Below are positions 35,310 to 45,331 of a stretch of DNA of 64,000 nucleotides, in pieces. The DNA comes from Rickettsiales bacterium. Lineage in GTDB: Bacteria; Pseudomonadota; Alphaproteobacteria; Rickettsiales; UBA8987. The notes under the pieces are model-generated. The model was not told where the DNA came from. It ran no database searches and worked only from the letters and a program-made list of their open reading frames with translations. The first letter of the stretch is position 1; each line of letters begins with the position of its first letter. The stretch is taken from assembly GCA_965222525.1 (NCBI GenBank), contig OZ244955.1:256025-320024 (forward strand), given 5' to 3'. The translations under genes and the position numbers were made by a program.

Positions 35310-37442
35310 TCACCCAGACAGGAGGTATTTTATCTGGCTGTCATATTCGAAGAGGTAAAGTAATGTGCGCAGGGCGGTGCTGCGTTCGGATTTAAGTTCA
35401 GGGTCGGTTTCGATAATCATCTTGGTATCATCCCGTGCAGCCAGAAGAAGCTCGCTATGTTCGGGCAGGACCGCCAGTTTGAAATCCGGCATACCGCTTT
35501 GCTTCGTCCCCAGAACCTCACCACTGCCGCGCAACAGCAGATCCTCCTCGGCGATACGGAATCCGTCCTCGGTCTCACGCATAATCTTCAGCCTGCGCTT
35601 GCCTATATCACTGATTTTGTTATCATAAAGCAGGATACAGGAGGAAGGCTTGTCATGCCGCCCGACCCGCCCGCGCAGCTGATGTAACTGCGCCAGGCCA
35701 AAGCGCTCGGCATGTTCGATAACAATTACAGTCGCCTCCGGCACATCAACCCCGACCTCTATAACCGTAGTCGCCACCAGAACATCAAGTTCACCCTGCT
35801 TGAACGCCGACATAACCACATCCTTCTCCTCCGGTTTCATCTGGCCATGTACAAGCCCTACCCGATTCTGCTGCTGCCCGCCAAGAATCTGCTGTAAATG
35901 GCGGTGGCGGTCTTCGGCAGCGGCAAGATCGATATTCTCCGACTCCTCTATCAGCGGGCATACCCAATACACTCGGTTACCCGCCGCTATAGCCCGCTTC
36001 AGCCCCTCCACTATATCACCTATGCGCGATTCGGGGATGATGCGGGTATCAATCGGACGACGTCCTGCGGGCTTTTCCCGCAGGCTTGAAATATCAATAT
36101 CACCGTAAAATGTAAGCGATAGTGTGCGCGGAATCGGGGTTGCAGTCATCAGCAGGATATCGGTATTCTGTCCCTTGGCTGCCAGTGAAAGCCGCTGCTT
36201 TACCCCGAATCTATGCTGTTCGTCGATAACCACCAGCGCAAGGTCATGAAATTTAACACTGGCCTGAAACAGGGCATGAGTACCGATAATTATATGGATT
36301 TCGCCATTTTCAAGTGAGTGTAGAATTTCCTCACGGTTTTTGCCCTTGTCACGTCCGGTCAGCAGACTCACCCGTACCTCGCCATCCAGACCTGACTCAT
36401 TGATAATCCGGCTAATCCAGGCGGCATGCTGACGGGCAAGAATCTCGGTCGGAGCCATAAGCACCGCCTGCTTGTCCTCCTCCACCGCATTCAGCATAGC
36501 CATAAGCGCCACCACCGTCTTGCCGCTACCGACATCGCCCTGTAACATACGCAGCATACGGTGTTTGTCTGCCATATCCTCCAGAATCTCCGATATAACC
36601 TGCTGCTGACCTTTGGTAAGGCTGAAAGGCAGCGCATCCGCAAGCCTGCTGCGCATCCTGCCATCCCCCCTGACACTGCGCCCCGCCTTCTTCTTGACAT
36701 TACGGCGGGTAAGCGCAAGTGCAAGCTGATTTGCCAGTAATTCATCATAAGCCAGCCGCATGCGCACTTTTGATTCGGGAGCAACATCCGCTGCCGAATC
36801 CGGATTATGCAGCTTGTCCATGGCAGCTTTCCAGCTCTCCCAGCCCTGACGCACCATAAATTGCGGGTCTATCCATTCCGGCCATTCCGGCATCTTGCGC
36901 ATAACCGCAACCGCCTGCCCGATAATCCTATTCATCATCTTCTGCGAAATCCCCTGTGTAAGCGGGTATACCGGCTCGGTACGGCATATTTCATCGAGCC
37001 TGTCAGGCAGTGCAATATGGTCGGGATGAATCATCTGCAGCACTTCATCAAACCGCTCAACCTTGCCGCTGACAAGGCGTTTCTGGCCGACAGGCAATTC
37101 CCGCCTGATGTAATCCGGCTTCATATTGAAAAACACCACTGTCAGATAGCCGGTATCGTTATGGCAGATAACCCGGAAAGGGCGGCCGGAATGCGGCGGT
37201 GGCGAGCGATATTCCTCAATCTCCACGATAACGCTGATCACCTCGCCATCGGGAGCGGAAATCAGGTCGGGCATAGCGCTGCGGTCAGTCACCGCATATG
37301 GCATATGGGTCAGCAGGTCGATAATCCGCGGTTCGCGGTCACGTGGTGCAACAAGCCCGGTAAGATTCTGCGCAATCTTCTTCCCCACCCCGTCAAGCGT
37401 GGTAGCCGCAGCAAATAAAGGATTAAGAATCGTCGGACGCAT
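35310..37442 (-). CDS. recG: ATP-dependent DNA helicase RecG
   Basis: 710 aa. Wedge domain plus helicase motifs GDVGSGKT, DEQHRFGV, TATPIPRT and QLHQLRGRVGR. Confidence 0.95.
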   Translation of the reverse strand: MRPTILNPLFAAATTLDGVGKKIAQNLTGLVAPRDREPRIIDLLTHMPYAVTDRSAMPDLISAPDGEVISVIVEIEEYRSPPPHSGRPFRVICHNDTGYLTVVFFNMKPDYIRRELPVGQKRLVSGKVERFDEVLQMIHPDHIALPDRLDEICRTEPVYPLTQGISQKMMNRIIGQAVAVMRKMPEWPEWIDPQFMVRQGWESWKAAMDKLHNPDSAADVAPESKVRMRLAYDELLANQLALALTRRNVKKKAGRSVRGDGRMRSRLADALPFSLTKGQQQVISEILEDMADKHRMLRMLQGDVGSGKTVVALMAMLNAVEEDKQAVLMAPTEILARQHAAWISRIINESGLDGEVRVSLLTGRDKGKNREEILHSLENGEIHIIIGTHALFQASVKFHDLALVVIDEQHRFGVKQRLSLAAKGQNTDILLMTATPIPRTLSLTFYGDIDISSLREKPAGRRPIDTRIIPESRIGDIVEGLKRAIAAGNRVYWVCPLIEESENIDLAAAEDRHRHLQQILGGQQQNRVGLVHGQMKPEEKDVVMSAFKQGELDVLVATTVIEVGVDVPEATVIVIEHAERFGLAQLHQLRGRVGRHDKPSSCILLYDNKISDIGKRRLKIMRETEDGFRIAEEDLLLRGSGEVLGTKQSGMPDFKLAVLPEHSELLLAARDDTKMIIETDPELKSERSTALRTLLYLFEYDSQIKYLLSG

Positions 37443-37517
37443 GGTGCAGGTTATTTACAAAAACATGGATAACCTACGCCACGATAACAGGATTTACAAC
37501 CAGTTACCAACAATGTA

Positions 37518-37952
37518 TCAACCGCGCCCCTCACGCACTTGTCCCAGCCTATCATTCACTTGCTTCATAGCATCTGTAAGGTGCGCATAATTAATTATTT
37601 TTTCTTTTCGCAAGATGCCAGCAATTTCCTTAATATCGAGATTCTTTCCTGTTACCACCACCGGAAAAGACTGATCGTCTTTTATATTCACATCGAAATC
37701 ATAATTCCGTATCCGAGTTGCAGATTTCAAAGTTTCAGCAACATGATTCACTGCCGCATCATCATTTAAGAATTGGTTTTTTCCATTGATTTTGTATTTG
37801 CCCGCATTAACAGCCATATGTACTTCCGTCAATCCATCATTTCCTGCCACATCATAGGCAAATGCAAGAGTTGGAATAGAGGCTTTACCCTTGTATTTAA
37901 CAACGCCCAATCTGAAAAAATGTTTTCCCTCATCTGCTTTTTTGTCTTCCAT
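37518..37952 (-). CDS. Hypothetical protein (144 aa), A+T-rich gene
   Basis: Clean ORF with no signal peptide and no motifs I recognise. Composition is visibly more A+T-rich than the neighbouring recG. Confidence 0.5.
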   Translation of the reverse strand: MEDKKADEGKHFFRLGVVKYKGKASIPTLAFAYDVAGNDGLTEVHMAVNAGKYKINGKNQFLNDDAAVNHVAETLKSATRIRNYDFDVNIKDDQSFPVVVTGKNLDIKEIAGILRKEKIINYAHLTDAMKQVNDRLGQVREGRG

Positions 37953-38184
37953 TGTAATCTCCTTTTATAAGTTTAAGTTTTCACAGGCTTATATAAAGCC
38001 GTCCCATATATTATATACCAGAGAAATGTTACAACTATATTACAATGAATGATATTTTTTGCAACTTTTTGTTAACCTGTTGATATTTAAGATAACTTCC
38101 TGCGCTCTTTTTCAAAAAAAAACACATCGCCAGCGGTTATTGTTTTGATATTACCATCTTCAAGGCGAAGGATAAACGACTTAA

Positions 38185-38802
38185 TTACGCAGCCTGTTCA
38201 CCATTATCGCCAGAACTGGCCTTCAGTTGCGAGTCCACCCAGGAGATATTGCCATCATCGCGGCGGTATACCACGCTGATTCCGCCGCTCTTCTTGTTAA
38301 TAAACATCAGTGCCGGCAGGTTGGCCAGATTCATCCGCATAACCGCATCACTTACAGAAAGCCTTTCAATCTGCATAGGCTTTTCGGCAATAATAATCGG
38401 GTTATCCTCAGCTTCCGCACTTTCCTCACCTTCATCGGAGAATATATATTTGGTACCACTGACCGGCTGAACAGCATCTCCCATTTCCGCCGGGTTCGCC
38501 TTGTGATGATCCTTTATCCGCCTTTTATAACGCCGTAGCTGCTTTTCTATCCGTTCAGAGGCCTGGTCGAATGCTGCATAAATATCCCCCGCCTTGCCGT
38601 TACCCTTGATAACAATACCGGTTCCGGTTCCTTCATTAACGATAATATCAGCAACGAACAGATGTGCCTCCTTGGTAAACACTACCCGTGCATCTATCGC
38701 CTGTTCGAAATATTTACTGACTTCACGCTCCAGACGCTCCTCTACATGCTCACGCAAGGATGCTCCGACATCAATCTGCTGTCCTGATACTGATATTTGC
38801 AT
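38185..38802 (-). CDS. hpf: Ribosome hibernation promoting factor, long form
   Basis: MQISVSGQQIDVGASLREHVEERL...IEKQLRRYKRRIKDHH, plus a C-terminal dimerisation-type domain. Confidence 0.9.
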   Translation of the reverse strand: MQISVSGQQIDVGASLREHVEERLEREVSKYFEQAIDARVVFTKEAHLFVADIIVNEGTGTGIVIKGNGKAGDIYAAFDQASERIEKQLRRYKRRIKDHHKANPAEMGDAVQPVSGTKYIFSDEGEESAEAEDNPIIIAEKPMQIERLSVSDAVMRMNLANLPALMFINKKSGGISVVYRRDDGNISWVDSQLKASSGDNGEQAA

Positions 38803-38862
38803 TTTTTATCCTCCTGTTGGTTTATACATTTTAATATAATAACTTTATTTATGCGAATCAAT

Positions 38863-39792
38863 ATGATTACATGGAAAATTATGGATTCCGGCAAGAAAAT
38901 TGCAGATATAGAGCGGATTGTGGCAATGCTGGCCGATGATTTTGGTTACACGCCGGTTATTGGTAGTGAGATTGAGTTTTATTTTGCTGATGGTGATGAG
39001 TCGAAGGATAATGATATACTTGCACTGGTGATGATGGGCTGTCGTGAGAAGGGGATTGAAATTGAAAAGATGGACAGTGAAACCGGCCACAGGCAATATG
39101 AAATTGCGCTGCGCTGGATTGCTGATCCCGTGCTGGCGGTGGAATGGATTGACAGGCTAAAGGAAATTATTTCATTTGCAGCAGGAAAAATGGGTAGTGA
39201 GGCTTTGTTTGCAGCCAAGCCTTTCGAGGATCAACCGGGATGCGGACTGCATATAAATATCAGCATGTTCGGGGAGGATAAGCACAGTTTATTTGCCAAG
39301 AAGGGAGAGGAGGATGAAACCGAGATTATGCAGTGTTGTATCGGCGGGTTATGTGCGACAATGCTTGAGTCTATGGTATTTTTCGCACCGCTTGAGGAAT
39401 CATATGCAAGGTTTACTACGGGTTTTAACAAGGTTGAAGAAGGAGAGCCGCTTAGGCAATATAACAATGCACCGGTAAATATCAGCTGGGGTGGAAATAA
39501 TCGTACGGTTGCGCTGCGTATCCCTACCAGTACGCTGGATGCGGAAATGCGTCATATCGAACATCGGGTAGCCGGTGCTGATGCTGATGTCGGCGCAGTT
39601 ATAGCTGCAATTCTGGCGGGCATACATTACGGGCTGAAACACCAAATCCAGCCACCACATCCCAAATTATACGGCAACGCCTTCGATAAGCAATATAGCC
39701 GCCTCCCTCCCCTGCCCGATTCTTTGCAATCTGCACAGGTATTTAATGAGGATAGCAGTGTATTAGAAACCTACTTCAATCCTGAGGAATAA
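38863..39792 (+). CDS. Glutamine synthetase catalytic-domain protein lacking the N-terminal beta-grasp domain
   Basis: About 305 aa from the Met at 38863 (start uncertain; 38881 is also possible). KPFEDQPGCGLHINISMF, NAPVNISWGGNNRTVALRIP and IEHRVAGADADVGAVIAAILAG match GS C-domain motifs. Confidence 0.65.
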   Translation: MITWKIMDSGKKIADIERIVAMLADDFGYTPVIGSEIEFYFADGDESKDNDILALVMMGCREKGIEIEKMDSETGHRQYEIALRWIADPVLAVEWIDRLKEIISFAAGKMGSEALFAAKPFEDQPGCGLHINISMFGEDKHSLFAKKGEEDETEIMQCCIGGLCATMLESMVFFAPLEESYARFTTGFNKVEEGEPLRQYNNAPVNISWGGNNRTVALRIPTSTLDAEMRHIEHRVAGADADVGAVIAAILAGIHYGLKHQIQPPHPKLYGNAFDKQYSRLPPLPDSLQSAQVFNEDSSVLETYFNPEE

Positions 39793-41034
39793 TGAGCCGA
39801 AAATGAGGATTCGGGAGGGGGTGGTTGAGGTTGAGGTTATATAACCAGTTGCATCTTCAATATCGATACAGGATTTGCTGTTAAACCCAGCCCCCATAGC
39901 CATTTTGGCTATCTGTTCTGCACTATAGCTGTTATACTCACTTTTTACACTCACTCCGCAGACCAGTTCTGCCCTGCCCAGTAAAGGGCGGAGAAATGCC
40001 GTAACGTCCTTCCCCCTTGTAGTACCGCAGATAATATATAACGGCATATCATCCCAATCTCTCTCCACCATCTGCGTTATAGAATAACCGGCAGCCTCAT
40101 TATGCCCGCCGTCAAACCATAATTCCCAGCCTTCAGGTAAATTATAATCGGTAATCTGCTCCAGCCTCCCCAGCCATGTGGCATTTACCAGCCCGGCAGC
40201 AATATCCTCACCTTTTATATCGAAATCCTCAAGCAATGTAGCGGCAGCTATGGCATTACCGGCATTTACCACCTGATGGTCACCTATAAGGGCTGGTACA
40301 GGAAAATTTACACCTCCATTATGGTCGGTGTATGTAATTCCTTCACTATTTCTCTGTATAACCCAGTTCTTGCGGAACTGGTATAAGGGAGAGCCAATTT
40401 TTTCCGCTTCCCTTTCAAGAACGGCCAGGGCTTCTCCCTGCTGGAAACTAACCACACAAGGGGTATTGCCACGCATTATCCCCGCTTTTTCATATGCAAT
40501 CTTACCAAGGCTTTCGCCCAGAATTTCCATATGGTCATAGGAGATGGTAGTAATTATGGTAAGCAGCTTGTCTTCTATAAGGTTTGTCGGGTCACTGCAT
40601 CCGCCACAGCCGGTTTCCACCAGTAATATATCGGCAGGGCTTTCGGAAAATGCCAGAAATGCCGCTGCGGTAGTTGCGCTGAAAAATCCCGGCTGCATAT
40701 CACCAGCCACATCCCGACAGCGCTCCAGTATCATATGCAGGCTATTATCGCTTATATGCTCGCCATCCAGGGTAATACGTTCATTGAAATGCAGTAAATG
40801 CGGGGAGGTATAGCTATGCACCTTGTACCCTGCCTCCTGCAATATCGCCTGCAGGAAAGCAATAGTCGAGCCTTTGCCGTTAGTTCCGGCAACATGTATA
40901 ACCGGCGGGAGGTTTTGTTCAGGACTACCCAGCCTGTCCAGCAATATCCTGGTATGCAACAGCGGGTCAGCCTCCGGCTCCTTCCATAAAGGCTGCGGCC
41001 AGTGCGGCATATGGATCTTTTTGTATGTGGGCAA
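39763..41034 (-). CDS. folC: Folylpolyglutamate synthase / dihydrofolate synthase
   Basis: VIHVAGTNGKGST P-loop, SPHLLHFNERI, and Mur-ligase-like organisation. Confidence 0.9.
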   Translation of the reverse strand: MPTYKKIHMPHWPQPLWKEPEADPLLHTRILLDRLGSPEQNLPPVIHVAGTNGKGSTIAFLQAILQEAGYKVHSYTSPHLLHFNERITLDGEHISDNSLHMILERCRDVAGDMQPGFFSATTAAAFLAFSESPADILLVETGCGGCSDPTNLIEDKLLTIITTISYDHMEILGESLGKIAYEKAGIMRGNTPCVVSFQQGEALAVLEREAEKIGSPLYQFRKNWVIQRNSEGITYTDHNGGVNFPVPALIGDHQVVNAGNAIAAATLLEDFDIKGEDIAAGLVNATWLGRLEQITDYNLPEGWELWFDGGHNEAAGYSITQMVERDWDDMPLYIICGTTRGKDVTAFLRPLLGRAELVCGVSVKSEYNSYSAEQIAKMAMGAGFNSKSCIDIEDATGYITSTSTTPSRILIFGSLFLRIEVGF

Positions 41035-41100
41035 GGGATTTTGGCCGTTGGCTATCAGCTATTGGCCTTTGGTATAAGAAATACTCTAAACAGTACCGTC

Positions 41101-41137
41101 AAATTCGCCACATGCTGGCGAATTTTAAGAAACCCTC
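41101..41137. repeat. Family D element, internally deleted mini-copy
   Basis: AAATTCGCCACATGCTGGCGAATTTTAAGAAACCCTC is the two D ends joined, plus one outer arm. It lies immediately after the rpmG stop. Confidence 0.6.
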
Positions 41138-41311
41138 TTAGGACTTCAGCTTTTCTTCCTTGAACAGCACATGCTTGCGGATTACCGGATCATATTTGCG
41201 GAAGGAAAGCTTCTCCGGCTGTTTCTTGGGATTACGCTTCTTTACCAGAAAAAATCCGGTACCGGCAGTACTCACTAATTTCACCAATGTTACATTCTTC
41301 GACTTGGCCAT
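41138..41311 (-). CDS. rpmG: 50S ribosomal protein L33 (not in ORF track, 57 aa)
   Basis: My manual translation of the minus strand gives [57 protein letters not shown], which is the L33 pattern. Confidence 0.9.
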   Translation of the reverse strand: MAKSKNVTLVKLVSTAGTGFFLVKKRNPKKQPEKLSFRKYDPVIRKHVLFKEEKLKS

Positions 41312-41396
41312 AGCTGTATTTTGTTTTTCGTTTCAAAAAAGAAGGGCAATTCTGCCCTCCCACCCCATATTTGTCAAGCTATTTATTGGATATTCC

Positions 41397-42863
41397 CTAG
41401 CCCTGAACCCGGTAATTGGGAGATTCCTGGGTGATGGTGACATCATGGGCGTGGCTTTCACGCAGACCGGAATTGGTAATCCGCACAAACTCGCATTTGC
41501 TTTTCATGCTTTCTATATCCGCATTGCCGGTATAGCCCATCGCCGCACGCAGGCCGCCTATCAGCTGGTGGATTACATCCGCCACCGCCCCTTTATATGG
41601 CACACGTCCTTCAACCCCTTCGGGGACAAGTTTTAGCTGGTCACTTATATCCTGCTGGAAATAGCGGTCAGCCGAACCACGCGCCATCGCCCCTACCGAA
41701 CCCATCCCGCGATAGGTTTTATATGAACGCCCCTGGTATAATATAACCTCGCCGGGGCTTTCGGAAGTTCCGGCAAATAATGAGCCAACCATTACACAAT
41801 CGGCACCGGCAGCAATAGCCTTGGCAATATCGCCGGAATATTTAATCCCGCCATCGGCAATCACCGCAATATCACGTTTTTTCGTCTCTTCAACCGCCCC
41901 CATTATAGCGCTTAATTGCGGCACACCAACTCCGGCAACAATCCTTGTAGTACAAATCGAACCCGGCCCTATACCAACTTTCACCGCATCCGCTCCGGAA
42001 TCTATCAGTGCCCTGGCACCTTCGGCGGTGGCGACATTCCCGCCGATTACAGGTATATCGCTATATTTCTTCTTTATGCGTGAAACCGTATCCAGCACCG
42101 ACTGCGCATGGCCATGTGCGGTATCAACAATAATCGTATCAACATCCGCAGCAATAAGCGCTTCCGCCCGTTCAACACCGGCATCACTGGCCCCAACCGC
42201 CGCCGCAACCCTGAGCCTCCCCTTGTCATCCTTACTGGAATTGGGGTAAAGCTGGGATTTTTCGATATCCTTAACCGTCACCAGACCTATACAATGATAA
42301 GTATCATCAACTACCAGCAGCTTCTCTATACGATGCTGGTGGAGCAGCTTCTTGGCTTCTTCCGGCGCGACACCCTCATTAACCGTCACCAGGCCGTCAC
42401 TGGTCATAAGCTCACTCACCGGCTGCTGCATATCCTGGGCAAAACGCACATCACGGTTGGTGATTATCCCCACCAGCCTGTTATCATTATCAGTAACCGG
42501 TACACCGGAAATCCGGTTGTCAAACATTATAGCCAGAACATCGGCAAGACTGGCATCAGGGCGGGTAGTGATAGGGTCAACCACCATGCCGGATTCGAAT
42601 TTCTTTACCTTGCGGACTTCCTCCGCCTGCTCCTCTATCGAAAGATTCTTGTGTATGCAGCCGATACCGCCATTCTGTGCCATGGCAATGGCCAGTTCAC
42701 TTTCGGTTACGGTATCCATTGCGGCGGATATAAGGGGAATGCCGAGATTCATACCGGCAACAAGGCGAGTGGAAATGTCTGTCCCCGACGGGTGAATATC
42801 AGAAGCAGCGGGCTTTAGCAGTACATCATCAAATGTAAGTGATTCTTTTAATTCAATTGCCAT
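41397..42863 (-). CDS. guaB: IMP dehydrogenase
   Basis: I prefer the Met at 42863 ([18 protein letters not shown]). CBS pair present. Catalytic [11 protein letters not shown] loop. Confidence 0.95.
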   Translation of the reverse strand: MAIELKESLTFDDVLLKPAASDIHPSGTDISTRLVAGMNLGIPLISAAMDTVTESELAIAMAQNGGIGCIHKNLSIEEQAEEVRKVKKFESGMVVDPITTRPDASLADVLAIMFDNRISGVPVTDNDNRLVGIITNRDVRFAQDMQQPVSELMTSDGLVTVNEGVAPEEAKKLLHQHRIEKLLVVDDTYHCIGLVTVKDIEKSQLYPNSSKDDKGRLRVAAAVGASDAGVERAEALIAADVDTIIVDTAHGHAQSVLDTVSRIKKKYSDIPVIGGNVATAEGARALIDSGADAVKVGIGPGSICTTRIVAGVGVPQLSAIMGAVEETKKRDIAVIADGGIKYSGDIAKAIAAGADCVMVGSLFAGTSESPGEVILYQGRSYKTYRGMGSVGAMARGSADRYFQQDISDQLKLVPEGVEGRVPYKGAVADVIHQLIGGLRAAMGYTGNADIESMKSKCEFVRITNSGLRESHAHDVTITQESPNYRVQG

Positions 42864-42944
42864 TTTGCCTGGTTTATTTTTCCACTCCATAAGGAGGCGC
42901 TTTAGCCAAGGTAACCCAGATATTTCATATTAGATTTCCCCGGA

Positions 42945-43086
42945 GGGATTTCTTAAAATTCGCTAGCATGAGGCGAAAATGGCTGTTTTCGAGAACCGTA
43001 CTGCATCGTACTTAAGGGTACGTGAAGCACGGAAGCGCAGAAAACAGTTATTTGCAGCCCATGATAGTAGAATTTGAAGAAATCCC
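42945..43086. repeat. Family D palindromic element, intact copy
   Basis: GGGATTTCTT AAAATTCGCTAGCATG ... CATGATAGTAGAATTT G AAGAAATCCC. Opposite orientation to the 26257 copy. It abuts the stop codon of the 43086 gene. Confidence 0.8.
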
Positions 43087-43388
43087 TAGGCCTCTTCCAG
43101 CTCTTCCTCCTTGCCCACTTCCTGTGCCATCTGCTTGCGCTCCTTGGCGGTAAGCTTGGACATTTTCTGCTGTTCCGTATCCCAGCGATATTGCGTCACT
43201 ATCACCCTGGTGCCGGTAGTAACAACGTCGCCATTTTCAAGCTGCAATACATCAAAACCCTTCTGCAGGGCTTCCGATATAATGGCCGAGGAATGGCGCA
43301 GATATTCGGGATTGAGCATCAAATCATCCCCACCGCTATCCCGTTCCGTTTCCTTTATCCGTTTGAGAGAGTCTTTAATTGGATCCAT
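43086..43388 (-). CDS. Hypothetical conserved-looking small acidic protein (100 aa)
   Basis: I prefer the Met at 43388 (AAGGAG RBS). MDPIKDSLKRIKETERDSGGDD...; no recognisable domain. Confidence 0.55.
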   Translation of the reverse strand: MDPIKDSLKRIKETERDSGGDDLMLNPEYLRHSSAIISEALQKGFDVLQLENGDVVTTGTRVIVTQYRWDTEQQKMSKLTAKERKQMAQEVGKEEELEEA

Positions 43389-43564
43389 AGCTTTACTCCT
43401 TGAATAATGTGGTTGCGACCCCACTATAGAAACCTGAAGGTCTCCATATCCGTATATTCTACAATCTAAGGTATCCTGTTACAATAAAACAAGCAACACT
43501 GCAACAAATATGGCACGTTATAACCTGTTTTTTTATATAAATCTATATGTAAAATTTTTCTGAT

Positions 43565-43714
43565 TGTCATCCTGAACCTGTTTCAGGATCCATTTATCAA
43601 AGCTATGATAACTGACAGGTTATAAACATACTCTTCAAAATACAGGAACCTGTGCTTTTGTTACCAAGATTATGTCATAGGAAAAACAGATCCTGAAACA
43701 GGTTCAGGATGACA
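43565..43714. repeat. MITE-like element, family A
   Basis: TGTCATCCTGAACCTGTTTCAGGATCCAT ... AGATCCTGAAACAGGTTCAGGATGACA; 150 bp. Confidence 0.85.
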
Positions 43715-43724
43715 TAAAGCACCA

Positions 43725-44747
43725 TCAACCAGACTTATGTGGGTCGAAGGCGTCACGGACTGCCTCACCTATAAATATCAACAGGCTCAGCATTACCGCA
43801 ACTACTACAAAGCCGGTTATTGCCAGCCATGGTGCTTCCAGATTGGCCTTGCCCTGCGCCAGCAATTCCCCCAGCGACGGAGAGCCGGGTGGCAGACCGA
43901 ATCCCAGGAAATCCAGCGCAGTAAGAGTGGTAACTGAACCGTTCAGTATAAATGGCATAAAGGTAAGTGCCGCGACAAAGCTGTTAGGTAATATATGGCG
44001 GAACAGTATCTTGTGCTCACGCACTCCGAGCGCCCGTGCCGCCCGCACATAATCCATATTACGGGTCTTCAGACATTCCGCCCGCACCACCCCTACCAGC
44101 GACATCCAGCTAAACAGCAGCATAACCGCCATCAGCCACCAGAAATTCGGCGTAATAAAGCTGGTCATAATTATAATCAGGAACAGTACCGGCAGACTGC
44201 TCCATATCTCGATGAAGCGCTGGAAAATCAGGTCAGTCCAGCCACCAAGATAGCCCTGCACCGCACCGGCAACTATACCTATTACCGAGCTGAATATAGT
44301 GAGAACCAGCCCGAATAATACCGATATACGGAAGCCGTATATAAGCCTGGCCACCACATCTCGTCCCTGGTCATCGGTGCCAAGCCAGTTTTCACTACTA
44401 GGCGGTGCGGGGGCAGGTACCGGCAGGTCATAATTGATAGTGGAATAGCTATATTTCACCGGCGGCCAGAGCATCCAGCCATTTTTCTCTATAATATCAG
44501 CTATATAGGGATCGCGATAATCGGTTTCGGTATCGAAATCCCCGCCAAAAACGGTTTCGGGATAGGATTTGAAAACCGGAAAATAAACCCCTCCCTTATA
44601 TCCCACCATAATCGGCTTGTCATTGGCGATGAATTCGGCACATAAGGTTAGCATAAATAATATCAGAAATATCCATAACGACCAGTATCCACGGCGGTTC
44701 TGACGGAATTTACGCCATCTTCTTCTGGTTATGGGGGACAGGCTCAT
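43725..44747 (-). CDS. yejE: ABC transporter permease, DppC/OppC family (YejE-like), orphan
   Basis: 340 aa. N-terminal RRRWRKFRQNRRGYWSLWIF...ANDKPIMVGYKGGVYFPVF and an EAA-type loop (YVRAARALGVREHKILFRHILPN). No partner permease, ATPase or binding-protein gene is nearby. Confidence 0.7.
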   Translation of the reverse strand: MSLSPITRRRWRKFRQNRRGYWSLWIFLILFMLTLCAEFIANDKPIMVGYKGGVYFPVFKSYPETVFGGDFDTETDYRDPYIADIIEKNGWMLWPPVKYSYSTINYDLPVPAPAPPSSENWLGTDDQGRDVVARLIYGFRISVLFGLVLTIFSSVIGIVAGAVQGYLGGWTDLIFQRFIEIWSSLPVLFLIIIMTSFITPNFWWLMAVMLLFSWMSLVGVVRAECLKTRNMDYVRAARALGVREHKILFRHILPNSFVAALTFMPFILNGSVTTLTALDFLGFGLPPGSPSLGELLAQGKANLEAPWLAITGFVVVAVMLSLLIFIGEAVRDAFDPHKSG

Positions 44748-44909
44748 TTTTGTTGCAAGGCTGGATTGTTAGGGAAAACAGGGGGAAATATGGGTAAAAT
44801 ATGCGTAAATCTTGACTAAAGCATGATTTAAGGGTAGTTTTATAATTGAAATATGGGTATAATTGGACGTGAGAATAGGTTGTAGTGCCGGGAAGTTCAA
44901 TAGATATCT

Positions 44910-45072
44910 TGTCATCCTGAACTTGTTTCAGGATCCATCAGGCAAGATATTGAGAACTAACGGTTACGACTAAGCTTACCAAAATATCAAAATAAGCCAT
45001 CAACCACCAAGATTAGGTCATGGGGTGAATGGATCCTGAAACAGCAAAAGTATAGCTTTTGCCAGGATGACA
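44910..45072. repeat. MITE-like element, family A variant with extra hairpin in right TIR
   Basis: TGTCATCCTGAACTTGTTTCAGGATCCAT ... ATGGATCCTGAAACA[GCAAAAGTATAGCTTTTGC]CAGGATGACA; 163 bp. Confidence 0.85.
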
Positions 45073-45100
45073 TAAAAATTACCCTGTAAAATGTTATACT

Positions 45101-45331
45101 ATGTCACAAAACCTGAAAATTCTGTTTGTACTTTCCTGTTTTCTCCTACCTGCATGTGCTGCGGTAAGCAGGTTTCAGGAAGAACATATGCCACCGGAGC
45201 CTCCAAAAATACTGGAACCACACCAGTATCCTTGTAAACAACCGCATACCCATGGCCGTGATTTTGATGTATGTGCCGCACAGAATAACCCTTCTCCGCA
45301 GTTTGATGAATCTGAAAGCGGAGAGTTCTAG
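45101..45331 (+). CDS. Small putative lipoprotein (76 aa)
   Basis: Signal peptide with lipobox-like LLPAC. Pro-rich mature part with two further Cys. Confidence 0.5.
   Translation: MSQNLKILFVLSCFLLPACAAVSRFQEEHMPPEPPKILEPHQYPCKQPHTHGRDFDVCAAQNNPSPQFDESESGEF

Noticed and set aside
36807-37418. 203-aa plus-strand ORF, and other long ORFs opposite recG, dnaE, guaB and mrdA
   Set aside because: All are shadow ORFs antisense to large, motif-rich genes.
41160-41636. 158-aa plus-strand ORF
   Set aside because: It overlaps rpmG and the 3' end of guaB on the opposite strand, and both are strongly supported.
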